This document shows, piece by piece, positions 48,014 through 62,366 of a stretch of DNA of 64,000 nt (positions are counted from its first letter, which is position 1; every line of letters begins with the position of its first letter). The notes beneath the pieces are model-generated. The model was given only the letters and a program-made list of their open reading frames with translations, was not told the DNA's origin and searched no databases. The stretch is from Balanoglossus misakiensis. Its lineage: Eukaryota > Animalia > Hemichordata. The stretch is from contig CM082593.2 in assembly GCA_040954595.2 (NCBI GenBank), positions 7,476,043 to 7,540,042 on the forward strand, given 5' to 3'. The position numbers and the translations under genes are program-made.

Positions 48014-51000
48014 CGGAGAGATAAATTATAATAATTAATAATTTTTAATGAGAAATTATCATCGCATCGACTGAAAATAAGACTTTATCTGCTAGAATAC
48101 TTACAGCCTACAAAGTCAAAATAAGTCAGTGTTCTAGCTGACAATTACGCCACCTGCACCACCCTCCACCTCCCCGCGATGTGGGGGTTTCTGTTCAGTC
48201 TATTACCACTCAAACCAGATAAGGTTAATATATCATACCAGGTCCCACTAGTCATCGCAGAATTTATATCATTGCGAGATATTATTTTTCCCGCGCAGAC
48301 CAGAAAGACGGCAGCTTTTCGCGCTCCCCAGCATCTAGTCTGGACTGCAGTACGTTGTCTCAGTTTTGTGGTACCTGGTAGCCGCACGCACGCTTTTTTG
48401 GTCACATGAGTCACCTTGAAAATAAAATATGCGGGTGGTATTTATTTTTGTAGACTAATATAGGGAGAGCATTGTTTAAAATCATTTGTGTTACGGTGTG
48501 TGTTGGGTGGCCATTGTGGAGGTACATGTACTACAGCCAGCTCGCCTGCACCGTTTAGTTTTCCCGGGGAACTGCCAAAAACCGGAGGATTGTAGGCCCG
48601 GGCTGTTTAGGGATAGGCGACGTTACACTATTCGACAAAAAACGGTAAATATTTTCTGCTTATTTGGCTTCCGTGATCCGTTGCAACATATTGAAGAATT
48701 GCGAGGCCGAGGTACGTTGTGGTAAACATGCACAAGAAGAATATCTCTTCAAAAAATATCCACAAGCGTGTTTACCCCCATGTCGTCACGTTGTTTGTCT
48801 ACATACATTTGGATATATCACATGAATATCAGTACAGTACTATACCAAAACCAAAAGTTGTCCTACCGTACACACGCACACACTGTCACAAAGATCCCAG
48901 GCTGAAAGCACCAATCTCTGTCCGTCAGACTAGCAAAATCTACATACCAATTGTGACCATTCGGAGTATTGCCGTGTTGATCTTCGGTACAATATGAATT
49001 AAAGTTGTGTAGCAGCACTCTTTGATCAACAGTTGAAATTACAGCATGAGCTTTCGGGAACATGTAGTCCCCTTCTTCAGATGCACTCGTGGAATGAACA
49101 GTGAATCAGAGAATCATGGGGTATTCAAAGTAGAAAATATGTGCAGGACCAGGTGCCTCGGAAAACAAAAGAAGGGGTGGGTGTGAAAATTGAACAATGG
49201 AAATGTTAATGGGACTGAAAATGTGTAAATGGGGTAGTAGACAGTTATTTGTAGTGTGACCAAATGTGGTAATGGTACATTAGTGAAATGAGCTGGCGTC
49301 GTTTAGAGGGGCCATTCTATTCGATAGAGTGATCAGGCCGTTATATTCAGAAAAGGGGGTCAGAAAATTCATTAGCTTCATCAAAACAAGCTGGCCACTA
49401 TACGGGCATGCCATATTTAACCTGTGTCAACGTGTATAGAGACCAGCTGCAATGCACCATACATGGATTTTCTCTTTCCTAGCGTCGATATTTTAGAACA
49501 ACGCATGGCCCTTCTAAATCTAGAATTATCGTTCGGTTGTGTGTCATATCTTATGCAGTGGATGGGTGAAGCGACCGGGGCAGGTTTCAACGTGCTTGTG
49601 GTTCGCACACCATCCATATTATAGACACATTATTTTTACATAAGCGGTTTTTCAGTTATTATTAACATGTAAATATCGCTTGGATTCCAATATGCATCGT
49701 TGCATAAACGGATTAATCATGATCAATTACAGCCGATTTCAAAACAGCATGAAGTTTCATTGTGACCGGAGAGGTAAAATGAATGCATTCTCCGACAACA
49801 AGAAAGTGTACCTCATGTGACACGTGTTGATTTTGCAATACTTGAACTAACTCTACGACCATTGTCCTGATTAAGAAAGATATTCATGATTTTGAGAAAC
49901 GCTTTATTCAGAATTTCACGATTCGGTAACTTTTCTAGCGATACGTTAATTGGTATATTGTCAAGCATCGTGTCAAATAATACGACTGAATGGTAAACTT
50001 TTAACCGCAATTGTTTTTCTAAGAATCGCTGTCAGAGAGAACATTAATTGGTTGTTTTGTAAAGTTTGAAAATCCACGAGACGAAGTATGCCTCTATCAA
50101 AAACCAAACGTAGGATTTGGTTTTTGCTAGACGAGAAACCTCTCACGTTGACGCGATGAAACTCAACGCAATTGTGGAATCGGTAGGCCTGCCTACCAAT
50201 ATTCGTGGTGCATTCTAAAACACGTGAGCAGTAACATTTCCCAGATTATGGATAGATGGTGTCCATTATTACAAAGGGAATCAATATTAAACTTTAAATA
50301 TATTACGACCATATGGAATCCCAACTACAAGTACAGATGTCTAACTTCTAGATTATGCATGCCAAGGTAAGGCGTGTGGGTCATGAAATTGACCCAGATT
50401 GTTTAATTTGTGACATGACAATCTGCGTGACGTTTGAAAATTGTCGGAATAATGGAACCCGCCCTCAAGCGACTTGTGCATGAGATTGGCGAGATTCTAA
50501 GCGCACTTCCTACATGTATACCTGAAATCTAGGCTGGACACATGGGTTTTTGCGGGTTTGCTGCTTTGGAGTGATGCTTAAAACATACTAGTAGTTACTA
50601 ACAGTGGTGTTTATGTCACACACAAAAGTTAGCCGATAGTGTCAGGGGAAAAACTGGGAAAGTACGATTCAATCGTATCGCGAAACAACTTGGGCAAATC
50701 ATCATGTGTTCCCGGTTTTAAAAAACAAGTTGCCCTTCCCATAATTTATGACACATATTTCAAGCCTGCAGTTTTACAAATAGGCCTAAACACAAAATTC
50801 GAAGGACAGAAAGTGCGTGTAGTTTACTTGAACTTGGAGGTGTGAGAGAGCACTGCGGCCAAGGCCATTTTCCCTTCGGTTGCCATTGGCAACGGTGAGA
50901 CCCGAACTCGCGATGTCTTACGTGTACGCACCATTGTATACTTCCAGTGTGAACTTTTGTATCTCAACGGTGTCGACATGTCATGGCCCAGTGGACGCAC

Positions 51001-51553
51001 TCTCTAAGAAAACAACCGACACGACAAATGTAAAGTGGAAATGCCAGCTCATATTTCACACCAGTCAGGGTGACTGAAGTGATGATCAGCGCTACCTACG
51101 GTGGAAATCGCGACGCCTTTTAATTAACACAGGCCAGGCAATGCGCATCACTGTCCCTATTCATGTATATGAAAGTTCCCACGCACTACGCATGTTCATT
51201 GTTATGTTAATCATATTCATCTGAAATATGACGGTAGGCGTAACTGTAGTGTTTTCATCACGATGCTTGATATTTTCCAGCCAGTCCGAACCGTTACACA
51301 TACGTGGATGAATCCGGACCGATAGGGAAGACATGAGGGTTAATGTTTAACCGCGGCTATCGGAAAAAAAACGTGTAGTCTGCGTTAAACATATTTAATC
51401 ACATACATGTATTGTATGTACGTACGCTCACCTTTCAACATGGCTGCTCGGGTGATAACAGTGATCAGGTGGTCGGCCTCTGTTTATCTCGACGAAAACT
51501 GATACTGCTGCTTGTTGTTGTTGTTGTCGCCGTCACGTGTGACATTGGCCAAG

Positions 51554-52038
51554 ATGATGAACGCCCTGTCCTCACCTGAGATCCGCGGCTCCGCTAGGTT
51601 TTCGTGGCCGCGGGCCGCGCCGCCGCCGAGAGCGCGCACGAAGCGGATGAGCGCTGGCCCCGCCACTGACGAGAAGCAGGCCGAGAGAGAAGTAACGCTG
51701 CAGGTTCAAAACGCCAACCCGCCCGCGGATGTATCGGTGCAGGCGTTCTACCTCACCTACATGGTGCACACGGCCAGGGCCATCCAACGGGCGATACTGC
51801 AGCGGATCAGCAAATCGGGCGCCGTCCCCAAAGTGAGGATGGTGCGAAGCGACCCCTCGCAGGACGCGGACAGCTTGTGGGCTGACATACTCTGCCAAAC
51901 CCTGGACAGCTACACCCATCTGGTTCACCAGTACGCCAACGGACAGCTCAAGCGCAAACTTGAAGGGGAATTGAAGAAATTCGATTACCGGGAAAAGTTG
52001 AATTTAATACTTCTGGGACACGAACACATCACCGTTAG
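51554..52038 (+). CDS. Probable first coding exon of a multi-exon gene; possible TRADD-N-like domain
   Basis: GC-rich ORF with GC3-biased codons in an AT-rich background. aagATGATG start with an upstream in-frame stop; ends at AG|gtaagt (phase 2). The domain call is recalled pattern similarity only. Confidence 0.65.
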
Positions 52039-55000
52039 GTAAGTCCCTAAACAGAAAAAAGATGGAGTCCCCGGCCACGTCTATTTGATTGTACGCTGCC
52101 AATACGTTCAAAAAGCAACTTACAATAGGCATTTGGGGTTTAGCCCTACAAACACCCCCTGCAAACAAAGCCCTGACTGTCGAGCAAATAAATGGGTCCT
52201 TGTTTTGTTGTTCGAGACCTCAAATAAACCCACTTTTCGTTTCTGAATATTTTCTCAAGGATGACAGAGCTGTTGACCTCAATTAAAACAATACCCGGCA
52301 GGGCATGATCATGTTTTGGGAGACGTCCGCGGGCTGTACCGCCTTCAGTTTATGCACCGCTATCTGCAAACGACATGACGTAATTCGATAATCTCGGATT
52401 GTCTGTACATGTCCACGCAGCATCGCCATCAAAACCTGCTATCGAAAACTATTGAAAATACTCAATGCTCTTAACTACTTAAGGGACATAAAATTCCTGA
52501 CGTCAATTTCCAGAAACGCACTTTTTTAAAATCAAAGATCCTACCGCCAAAGAGATTCGCGGGGAAATTTACCCAAATGTTTGTCTCACCAACTTACAGT
52601 CAATGTTTAATGACAAACGGTAGATGTGGGCAAAACATAAATAATCTGTAGTTTGGCGTGCTGTCAATACTAATACCTTCTCTGAAATGGTAGATGGTCG
52701 AACACTGAGGGGTCATGGGAAGGGATGCGAGCCCGCTTCGGTCCCGCCAAATTACTGCGATGAGATCTTTCAACCGAACGATTAACAAAGACAAAATCGA
52801 AGCCCTCTAATGGAACCAAAATTGCCCGTCACCATAAATTTCAGAGAAGAAAGGAAAAACAGGTCGTTCATGTCGGCCCGTTAATCTTTTAAACCCCACA
52901 CGACAATAGGGGTCCCAGTAATTGCGTTGAACTGCCATTAAAATCGGCTGGCTGTATAACGGTCCGATCACGTGACCGCCACCGTGAGTGAACATTTTGC
53001 AGGTGGTCCCATCAAACAAATTATCGAGTCAGAAACCCATTCCCTTTTTTTCCAATTGTCACATTATATCGGTAAACATTTCACACGAATCTTAATAGTC
53101 TCTGTTCTTGAACCACCTTGGAATGTATTACATGGTTTTGGTGATGACTTACTTCAGTATATATCGCTCTTAATAGAATGTTTGTTCATATGAAAAGCTA
53201 GGAATGGCAGCTGAAACAGCCGATAATAGAACATGGGGAAAAGACTGACTATAATGTAATAACGACGCATAAATGCTTCAGACCCAGGAGACTCAGAGCC
53301 ATTATGCACTGGAAGGTTGGCTTAGGGGTTGACCATTTGATATTCGGGAGGGGAGGGCTGGAAGATTCTTAAAAATGTTACCAGCCAACTGCGAAAAAAT
53401 GTTTGCCTTTGCAGTCCAACAGAAAAAATATTCAAGGGAGGCTGAACAAATTGCTGTGGCAAATCCTACGTCACAGTGGTATAAAAGGTTTTGTTTCCGA
53501 ACAGTTCCCCCGCCTCGCCACAACCAATATCAAATGGGTTGCCCCTAAGACGCACAAGCAGGATTTCGGCGATGTGTATAGAAAAGGGGAAATATTCTAA
53601 AAGCAGAGACAAACGGCAAACAAGGAGGCTGAGAACACAGGCAGAGCAAATATACGGCGTGGGGGCGTGGTCAAATTCGCGGACTATAAAACCAGACATT
53701 CCCACGAGGCCATTGCATTAACTTGTCACGATATTTGCCAAAACGATACCAAAATATTTACCACGTGAACTGCGCGTGAGTTCGGCTCTCCCCAAGTTTA
53801 CCTCGACGATGCTATCACGTATAGCCAATTATTAGACATAACATCATCTATTAGGAGTCGATAACCCACTTTTCGCTGATAATGGATCGTAACAGGTTAT
53901 CAACTCACAAGAATTGAGTACAAAAGGTTATTATTAGGCGTTGCTTAGTCTGAAATGATCTGAACCAAGGCCTCGGGGTACTTTTTTATGTCGTTGTCTT
54001 CATTTCATAGGATATCATTAAATTTTACACCGACTGCCTACAAACCACGCCTTTTAACAATATAAGCCGTGTCGATCGATAGTGACATGATCAAACCACA
54101 TATTGACTTATCGGTGTAGAAAACATCAGGCAAATTCAAATTCCAACTACAAAGCTATCAACAATAACCCATCACATCGTAGTGCCGATTGTTGGGTGCC
54201 TGAACATGCCTGGAAAATCATTTCTGGAATATGCACATTCTCTCTTCAGAAAAAAAAATTGCATATTGAACAAGAGGCCATTAGTTGCACTGGATACCGA
54301 ATACATGTATACACGTATCCCACTGTCCCATACGCAGCCCACGTCCCCCATACGCTGCCCATGGCCCCATACGCTGCCATACCACCCGCTTCTCGATATG
54401 TGCACGGGAGCGGTGACGTCATCGGTGCACGGGAGATGCTGAGTCAGCGCTCTTGTTAAAATATACGAGACCGATAACAAAACTGATGGAGGAATACTGT
54501 AAATTTCATATTATGATTATGATTTACACACTGTTGGTTGTTGTTGGCGGTATTGTGCGACAGGGCCAGGTGTGTCCCGGGTATGCATTTGAAAATGTGC
54601 CTTTTCATCATATAGCTGTCTTTCCCACCACAATGCAATGCTAGCCGCTCAATCGATTCATTACAGTATAATAACGCTTATACCAATTCCATTAATGTGT
54701 AATTGACACTAATTAGGGATGTCTTCCAATTACAAACGTCACATTAGCCCAGATAAAGGAACGGAATTGCGATGAGCTGGTTCATTATTATGTACTGCCC
54801 GTAGAAAACGAACGCGTGGTGACAGGCAAGCAAACGTGGCACTTTCAACTTAATCTTTGATGTATTGCATTGATGGCAGTTTGTTAGACCGATTGCATTA
54901 TTTATCACCAAAGTGCAGCCGCCATTTCTCTCTTTACATTATTTGATCTAAATGATTCAATAATCAATGAATAAAGTAATTTTGAAATTGAGTTGTATGG

Positions 55001-56915
55001 TCAAGTGCTTCCTGACGAGGGCATGAGAGATAGGGAGAGAGAGTGTGAGAGAGACAGACAGACAAACAGACAGATAGAGACAATTTAAATAAGTCATTTT
55101 GTGATTAATTTCTAACAATAAACACCTTCCAGTTATGTCCCTGATCAAAGTTCATTATCGTTCAAAACCTGAATAAATAGATGTGCTGGTATAGGGTGTC
55201 CATCATTATAAGGTCATACTTTGCATATACGTGTATCACGTGTCTATGTCAGTAGGTAGTGGTGTTTTTTAGTATTTGCGTTCAAGTTGTAGTTTATGAT
55301 CCAATGGCATGATCTGGCTATTCAAAGTTTAATTCGCTGATTCTTAATATTCCCTTTGACATGATTAGATATGGTACATAGGTAGACAGTTGTTAAATTT
55401 GACTCAACAGAAAAATTGAGCCGTCTCGTTTTTTTTTGGTGATAGCGGTAGTGTTATGCGTTATACGTATACGTGTTTACCTTTCTGACTTCGTGCAGCG
55501 TTTAGAAAATCCCACCACTCCGAATGAACGTGTCGCCACGTAGTTTGTATAAACACCCCCTTCGCGTTTTATTCCCTCGTCGTCTGCTTTTGACAAACGA
55601 CAGACTTTACGCTTTCACGACTTGCATGAAACCGATGAGAAGTTGACGCTGATGTTAAGACGGGTCGCATTCTTTCCGTGACCGGCACAATCGCAGCCAG
55701 TGTGTGAGGCTTGATCAGTTTGACAAGGCAGCGATAATGGTGTCTGGGCGCACAAAGGAGCGCCCAAAGTTCGATCCGGCTCAAGTCGTGCCGGTTTTGT
55801 CGGCGTATGCTAATCGCGGTAGCCGGGGATGTGTTTACGACTCGTGCGTGCTGTCATCAACGACATCACATCAGGTAGTAACGAGTTGGTGATATTCGAA
55901 CCGAGATGTCTGCTCGTATGCCTTTTCAGACGCAGCTCTTATCCCTTATTTGCTAGGCAAATAAAAAAATACCCACCCAATAATAGCTGTCTTATTTTGG
56001 ATACCGCATACATGAAAAAACGTGTACAAGATAGGTTTATATGAACGTCTAGATCATAATGTGTCATGGCAGTCTACTTCACAGGTTGTCTGCTATCAGC
56101 GGCTAGGTTAAGTCGGCTGGAAGTTAAACGCTGACAGTTTTCATGGATTTGTTGCCATGCTGCGAAAATTTAGTCTTTGCCAGGACGCGGGCCGAGAAAG
56201 GTAGGATGGGACGCAGTTTCACTGCGCATAGCTTCACTTGTGGCCCGTGAGAAAATATCGGTGGGGAATGTGAGCTATAGCAACAGAGATGTTGAAAAAT
56301 GCACCTTGTATGCCATGTATTGTCTTAGGGTTGGTCTACGCCAGGTAAAAACTGTACAATGTAAAAATCGGATTGATTTAAATTCTTAAAGACACATTTG
56401 TGTCAAGTTGAAGACTGGGTCTATATAATTAGACAACACCACTTGGAATTCGGTTATTTTTCTGTAAACGATCTTCCTTTATCACGTGAAAAGTATGGGA
56501 TGGGCAGTCTTTATTTTATAGATTCACGTCGTGTTTCATTTGCTGACGACGAGACCAGGGTCAACAACCGATGAATGATGTGGCCACAAGTTGACCATAA
56601 GTCACATTAGTTTATGGTTTCATTCCCCCAACAGTTGTTTGAAGTGCAATTCATCCATTGTTTAGTGACCGCATGTGCTTTGTGAGAAAAAAAAATTGTA
56701 TTCATGGCAAATGAAAACACTTCACCATGCATGTAAAGCGACTGTTCCCCAAAGATGTATCGCGAAAGTACACCTTTTTGTGACTGTTGGCTTTTATAGT
56801 ATCGTAAACACAGACGACAGTGTCTGGTCCACAATGCCACTACCGCAACCGTGATTGGGGTTGAATTTGTTCTTGTGCAATACTTGGCCTTATCGTAGTC
56901 AATAAAGCCAATAGT

Positions 56916-56983
56916 TCTCTCTCTCTCTCTCTCTCTCTGGCACTATACGGGTGGTAAAATCTTCACTCTCTCTCTCTCTCTCT
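56916..56983. repeat. Two short (CT)n microsatellites
   Basis: Directly visible. Confidence 0.85.
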
Positions 56984-59900
56984 TCCCCCCTCCCCGTTGC
57001 CTTGACATCTCTTCACACCAACTCTGCCTTCAAGCAGCTTAGCAAAGCAATGTCACACAGTCACAAACCACACTGTCTATATAAGCAGCATGCACACCAA
57101 AGTGCAACGTAGTCTATAGCGTGGGACCGCCGCACAAAGCTGTGAGAAAGACCACAGGGCAGGCTTTCACTATTGTCTGGTAGCGACAGTAGTAGTTCTG
57201 GATGGCTGGAGCATAAAAGCGTTGACAAAAGACCTTCATTAGTTTCAAGCTCACTACCATTCCCAGCGCAATATCCGAGACGTGTCTGTATATGTCGAAC
57301 AACAATAAAGGCGTCCTTAGTTCGGTAATGGCACACAAAGGCCAGGTACACAAACTTAGCACATTCCCAGGATCTCAGTGGACCGTGCATGTTGGACTCG
57401 ACTGGAGATATCGCGAGAACCATTTTATCATCTTATTCATAGCAAGAGTTATATCTTTGCCTTTTACCTTGCTATACCCATGCGATTGACCGGCGGTGTG
57501 TAAATATGTGGTGCAGGGTAACGTTTGCAACTGAAAGTAATGACTTATATGCACTTAGTATGCACTTTTGAACCTAACCCTCAGACTAGCAATGATTATC
57601 TCTCGCCATGACCAGGACCTGAGTCTCTTGCAGTCAGTTATCGCTGACTTGAATGCCTAAAATCAAGCCTAAGGACGTTTAAGAATTATCAACAGATTGT
57701 GTATTACTCTAGTTATTCGCTATCTGAAACCTTTACAGACATAATCGAATGTGGGGAGAGAATGCATAGTTCTAAACCCGTGCAAATTAACTCTTGTAAG
57801 TTGAATGCAAATTGTCAAAGGGGGGTATTTACTCTGAGGAACCTTGGTGTGTCAAAGAAAGAACAGGATTTCAGAAACGGCCTTTGGGGTTTCTGTGTTT
57901 TTGTGGCGGCGAAGAATACCTCTCGAAGCTGTCGGCCAGACAGCGACAAAGTATACATTGCTCGATTTCAGGAATTAACTCCATTGGGAGGTAGGGATTG
58001 TGTGGCGAGGCAGCCATGCGTATATGAGATACCGCCTGTCCCTACAGATAAGGGTTAACTATGATGTCACACTTTGCATATTAATGAGAAAAGATGGCGA
58101 TCACATCACCTACAGTAGAACAGACTTCACTTATCAATCATTGCTTGGCAAATTGATCAGACGATATAATTACCATTCAGCTCACCTTATCTGAAAGGCG
58201 GGTAATAATTCCATCAATATAATTGTAAAAAAAGATCCCCCAAGATAATAGAATCGTGACAGCATCCGAGAATTAACTTGGGGTATACTGCAAATGTGCA
58301 TAAAGCTTAGTGTAAACTGAAGATTTTCCTCTCATTGCGAGATCTCGTGAGATTTGGTTAAATACCGTAGTAACGGGTTGCTGGTCAAGTAATACAAGCC
58401 ATGCTAGAATTGTTCAGAGGTTTACAAATACGGTAACTTATGTGCTGTTTAATATGTGTTGTTTGTCCTGTGAAAATGTCCTTCAATATAAACTGCCTAG
58501 TCATGCGAGATCTCACAGGGTCTCGTGGTGTTCGGGAAATGGTCTATTCCTGACGTAATGAATCAGAGGTCGATTGCCAACCTATATTCTGTCAGACATC
58601 TGCCAGATGTGTCATGCTCGCTTGATCCGGTTCAGATGGTACAACGACCATCGTCAGTCACACTGAACATTTATCAATGTACACAGTGGGACTTTAGGCA
58701 AATAATATTACCTGTCTGCGTCCATTAATCTTGCAGATCATCAGGATTGTGCCCAGTCGATTGAAAAATAATTTACTCGTCGCGACAGAAATAAAACGGA
58801 AACTGGTATAGACTCGGGAGATGTGCTTTTAAAACGGAGACGCGCAGTAATCTTCCTATTATTTTGTTCGACAGATGCTCTAGTCACTTAGCAAAGTAAT
58901 GCCGGGGCTGCCATACAAATTGTTCGGACTAAATTTGGTTGAAGAGACCTACAGTGATATTACCATGGGAATTTCACGAGGTTTTATAATTCTTGACTTG
59001 TCGATCGTATATTCAGGGTAATGTATGATTTTGTGACAATACCGCCACTATGGCCGTAAACACTAAATGCAGAAGTACTTTTGGGATTGTAATGATCCAT
59101 CGGGCAACAAACACATCCGGACACGTAAATAAATTATAGTAACAATTCGTGTCAGTTTGACATAAAAAGTGGAAAAAACGCTCGAACCAGAACAGCCAAT
59201 ATAATGAGGTACTCGACACAAAATTAACCGTATACGGAAAACGTTATTTCAGATCAAATGTTCATCAGGGAAATTCATCCACTGGTTATGATTGATAGTG
59301 GCAATTACGGAAATTAAATTGGTGTCGCCACATGATACATTCGCTGTCCTGCTTCCGCTTCAAGAATTCTATATTTACAATGTCTGCAATTTGTGATAAA
59401 ATATGGACGTTTACCTGGGACCTTTCAAACGCCTCCAGTTGGAGGCCTAAAATCGTACATTCGTACATACATGCATGCATGCTGGTACTGAACATATAAA
59501 TGAATATTTCCTGATGGATAGATTTAATATTCTATCTTGACGTTTTATTATTTCCTAGTCAAGGCACAGTCAAATACATTACGAGACTAACCAACCGGAA
59601 ATAATAACACGCGAGCAAAATATCAATAACTCAACGAGGAAATACTTCCCGCCATTTTTGTTGTTTATTTAAGTATGCAATTCACAAGCACCTTGCTCCT
59701 GTGTGTGATCACTGGAATAATCAAGAATTACCCATTTTAACAGGAGATGTCGAAACATGGCTTGCCTTTGAGTAAAAACGCTAGTTTATTTATATCTCAG
59801 AAATAATGACAACTGTCGCACAGATATGTTCGTGGGGAGCAAGATGACATTGAATAAGTCTAAATATAGTACCATCATAAAAACATGCTGCCCGATGTTT

Positions 59901-62200
59901 GACTACGTGCCGTGGCCTTTAGAAAGTGTTGACCCAATAACTACATAAATGCAGGTTGTTATTCTCCCAGCACGTTGGAAATAATTAAAACAGAACGCAA
60001 ATTATTTACGTCCATAAAATATATTAATTTACTACCACTCATATTTGTTTTAAAGGTGGTTTAGAGATTTTAAATGATAAAATAATACATTTTATATTGA
60101 TAATTATGATAGTGTCAGTAATTTAAATAACAAAGCATACAACTTATCCTAGATTAATTTAAGGGCAAAAAATTACCAAAATGACAGAAATTATGTAATT
60201 TATCGCGCTGGGAAAACAGGTGGAGTTTGGTGTAGGGAAAACCACAGTTGTAATCGTCGACAAACATAGATTTCATCATCTGCTGTTTTTGTTAGGAAGA
60301 ATTCAAAGGATTTCAAACCCTTATAAAAACTGACACAGCACTGTGTGTCGCTATTTTTATCCATATTTTAATGAATTCAGCATGAGTCACATAGCCTGTG
60401 TCGCGCGCGATGATCGCACAGGCTGCGTGCCAAACTATCGTCTGTAACTGTGAAATTGTCAATTTTACGAGTATCAGTGCACAAAACTTGAACATGTCTG
60501 AATATTTGTATCAAACATGTATTTTGTGGACTAAAGTGAACTCTGACTGTCCTAGTTTAGGAAAAATTTCACGCTCGTTAAATTTTGACGTTGCAATATA
60601 ACAATAGGCCTAATATATGCATGATGCAATAACCTCGTCTAGTTTTGCGTAGCTGTATTCAGTGACACGCATATTTCGATTCTAATATCTGATTATTATA
60701 ATCAACGTCACTTTGACTTCTGAGTAATCATCCCAGATAATGTTGGGAAACAATCTATTAGAAAAAAATCACCACTGATCTGTCTGTCGTTGGTGGTGGT
60801 GTTTAACAACGGTAAGACGCCCTCATTTGGATGAAATTTTACATGAAGACCTATGCGTTGAAGCGGCAGATTTGCTGGTTTTTATAAGATCTTTGATTTA
60901 CGTATCACCTGAAGTTCAGTTACTCAATCACGAAAACACGGCCAGAATTTAGCTTAGAGACGCAGTCCATGCGTGTACATTCAGAATTCTTAGAAACCGA
61001 GTTTAGACTCACGCTTTAAGTCAAAAATAAAAGTGGCCGTTCTATAATATGGCGTTATTGACAAACGGCACAGTGGGCATCGTTAGCGCGGGAATGGGAA
61101 GTAGAAGAAAATCAAGTGGCCGATACACGGAACCAAAATACCGAAAATAGTCAAAAGTTACAACCACAGTCTGTAAATACAGCCACGTCGAGACACATAA
61201 TTGAAAACAAATCACAATCAATTGCGCGCACCATGTAGAAAACCAGCGTGACGCAGCCAACCTATATCTATGTATATTTCTAAAAATAAAATCGCAATGC
61301 AACGCAAACACAACCAAAACATATGGCCTCGATTCCGGCCGTACTTTAGTGTTCATCGCTCTATTCTCTATACGCATCGCCCACACATACATGTATACAC
61401 GCGTGTAACTGTATATTCATCCGCCATTAATGCATACATATTGATGCGGAGAAATTGAATCTAACCAACTAGGTCTTCTCGTATACCGTAAAAATTGAGA
61501 TGTGTTAACCGATAGATTTGCGTAAAATTCCTGATATACACGGCCTGACAAGCTAGCATCATGGCCGACAATGTGTCCAACATAACTTTTTACAATTTGT
61601 AAGTTCTAAACTGACGTTCAAAATAACGGTTCTGACACCGACAATAAATGCTGTTGTGCTGTTGTGGTCGTTCTCGCTCCCCGCACAGCAAGCTGTCACA
61701 TGATCGAGCAAAGCAAGTGTAAAACGATCCCGAATGCAATAGTCGTGAAAATATCATTTATGACAGATTTTCGGCTTGGCATTTCTGCAAGCTGATACCA
61801 GTAATACTTCAGGTACAGCTTCAGCATGTCGAAGAGAATATCCATCACATATTTTCCCCCAAGGAACAAGCGGTTTTGCATGGATCTGATTACATCCATC
61901 TCAAGAATAAATTATTATTCTTCGAGTCCGAAGGTAAAAAAACGCGAATGTCGGTGTAATGAGAATGGATGAGCGTTTCGTCTCCGTTCGTCAGATTTAC
62001 GTCAGAAAGTTACTTGCCAATTTCTCGCACTTAATGAAGAAAAACGAACCCCTGTCTGTACAGACAGCCAGAGACGGTGTTTATCCTCGAGATATAAAGC
62101 CAAACGAAATCAACCAGTGTTGTACGCAACTGTAAAAGCCCCCCAGGGCATGTAATCTCATCTTTATCTAATTGGGTTTCATCCTATATGCTTACGACAG

Positions 62201-62366
62201 GGAAGGTACGGATACGCCGCTGTCCCCTGCCAGCGTCAGTGGCAGCTCGTCGTCGGGGTATGAGACCCCGCTCACGGAGACCGGCTTGGCGGAGAAGACC
62301 TCTCTTCGAGAAAAGGTGGCCGAAGAAAAGAGGAATTTTGAGAAAACGAAAGAGATGAAGGTCGAG
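62201..62366 (+). CDS. Probable internal coding exon (EGTDTPLSPASVSGSSSSGYETP...EKRNFEKTKEMKVE)
   Basis: cttacgacag acceptor in phase 2, compatible with the 52038 donor. GC-rich Ser/Pro-rich then charged sequence; GAG|gtgggt donor (exact end uncertain). Confidence 0.55.

Noticed and set aside
55704-55892. Possible additional exon (MVSGRTKERPKF...)
   Set aside because: Weak donor, and its phase does not fit the 62201 acceptor; no recognisable homology.
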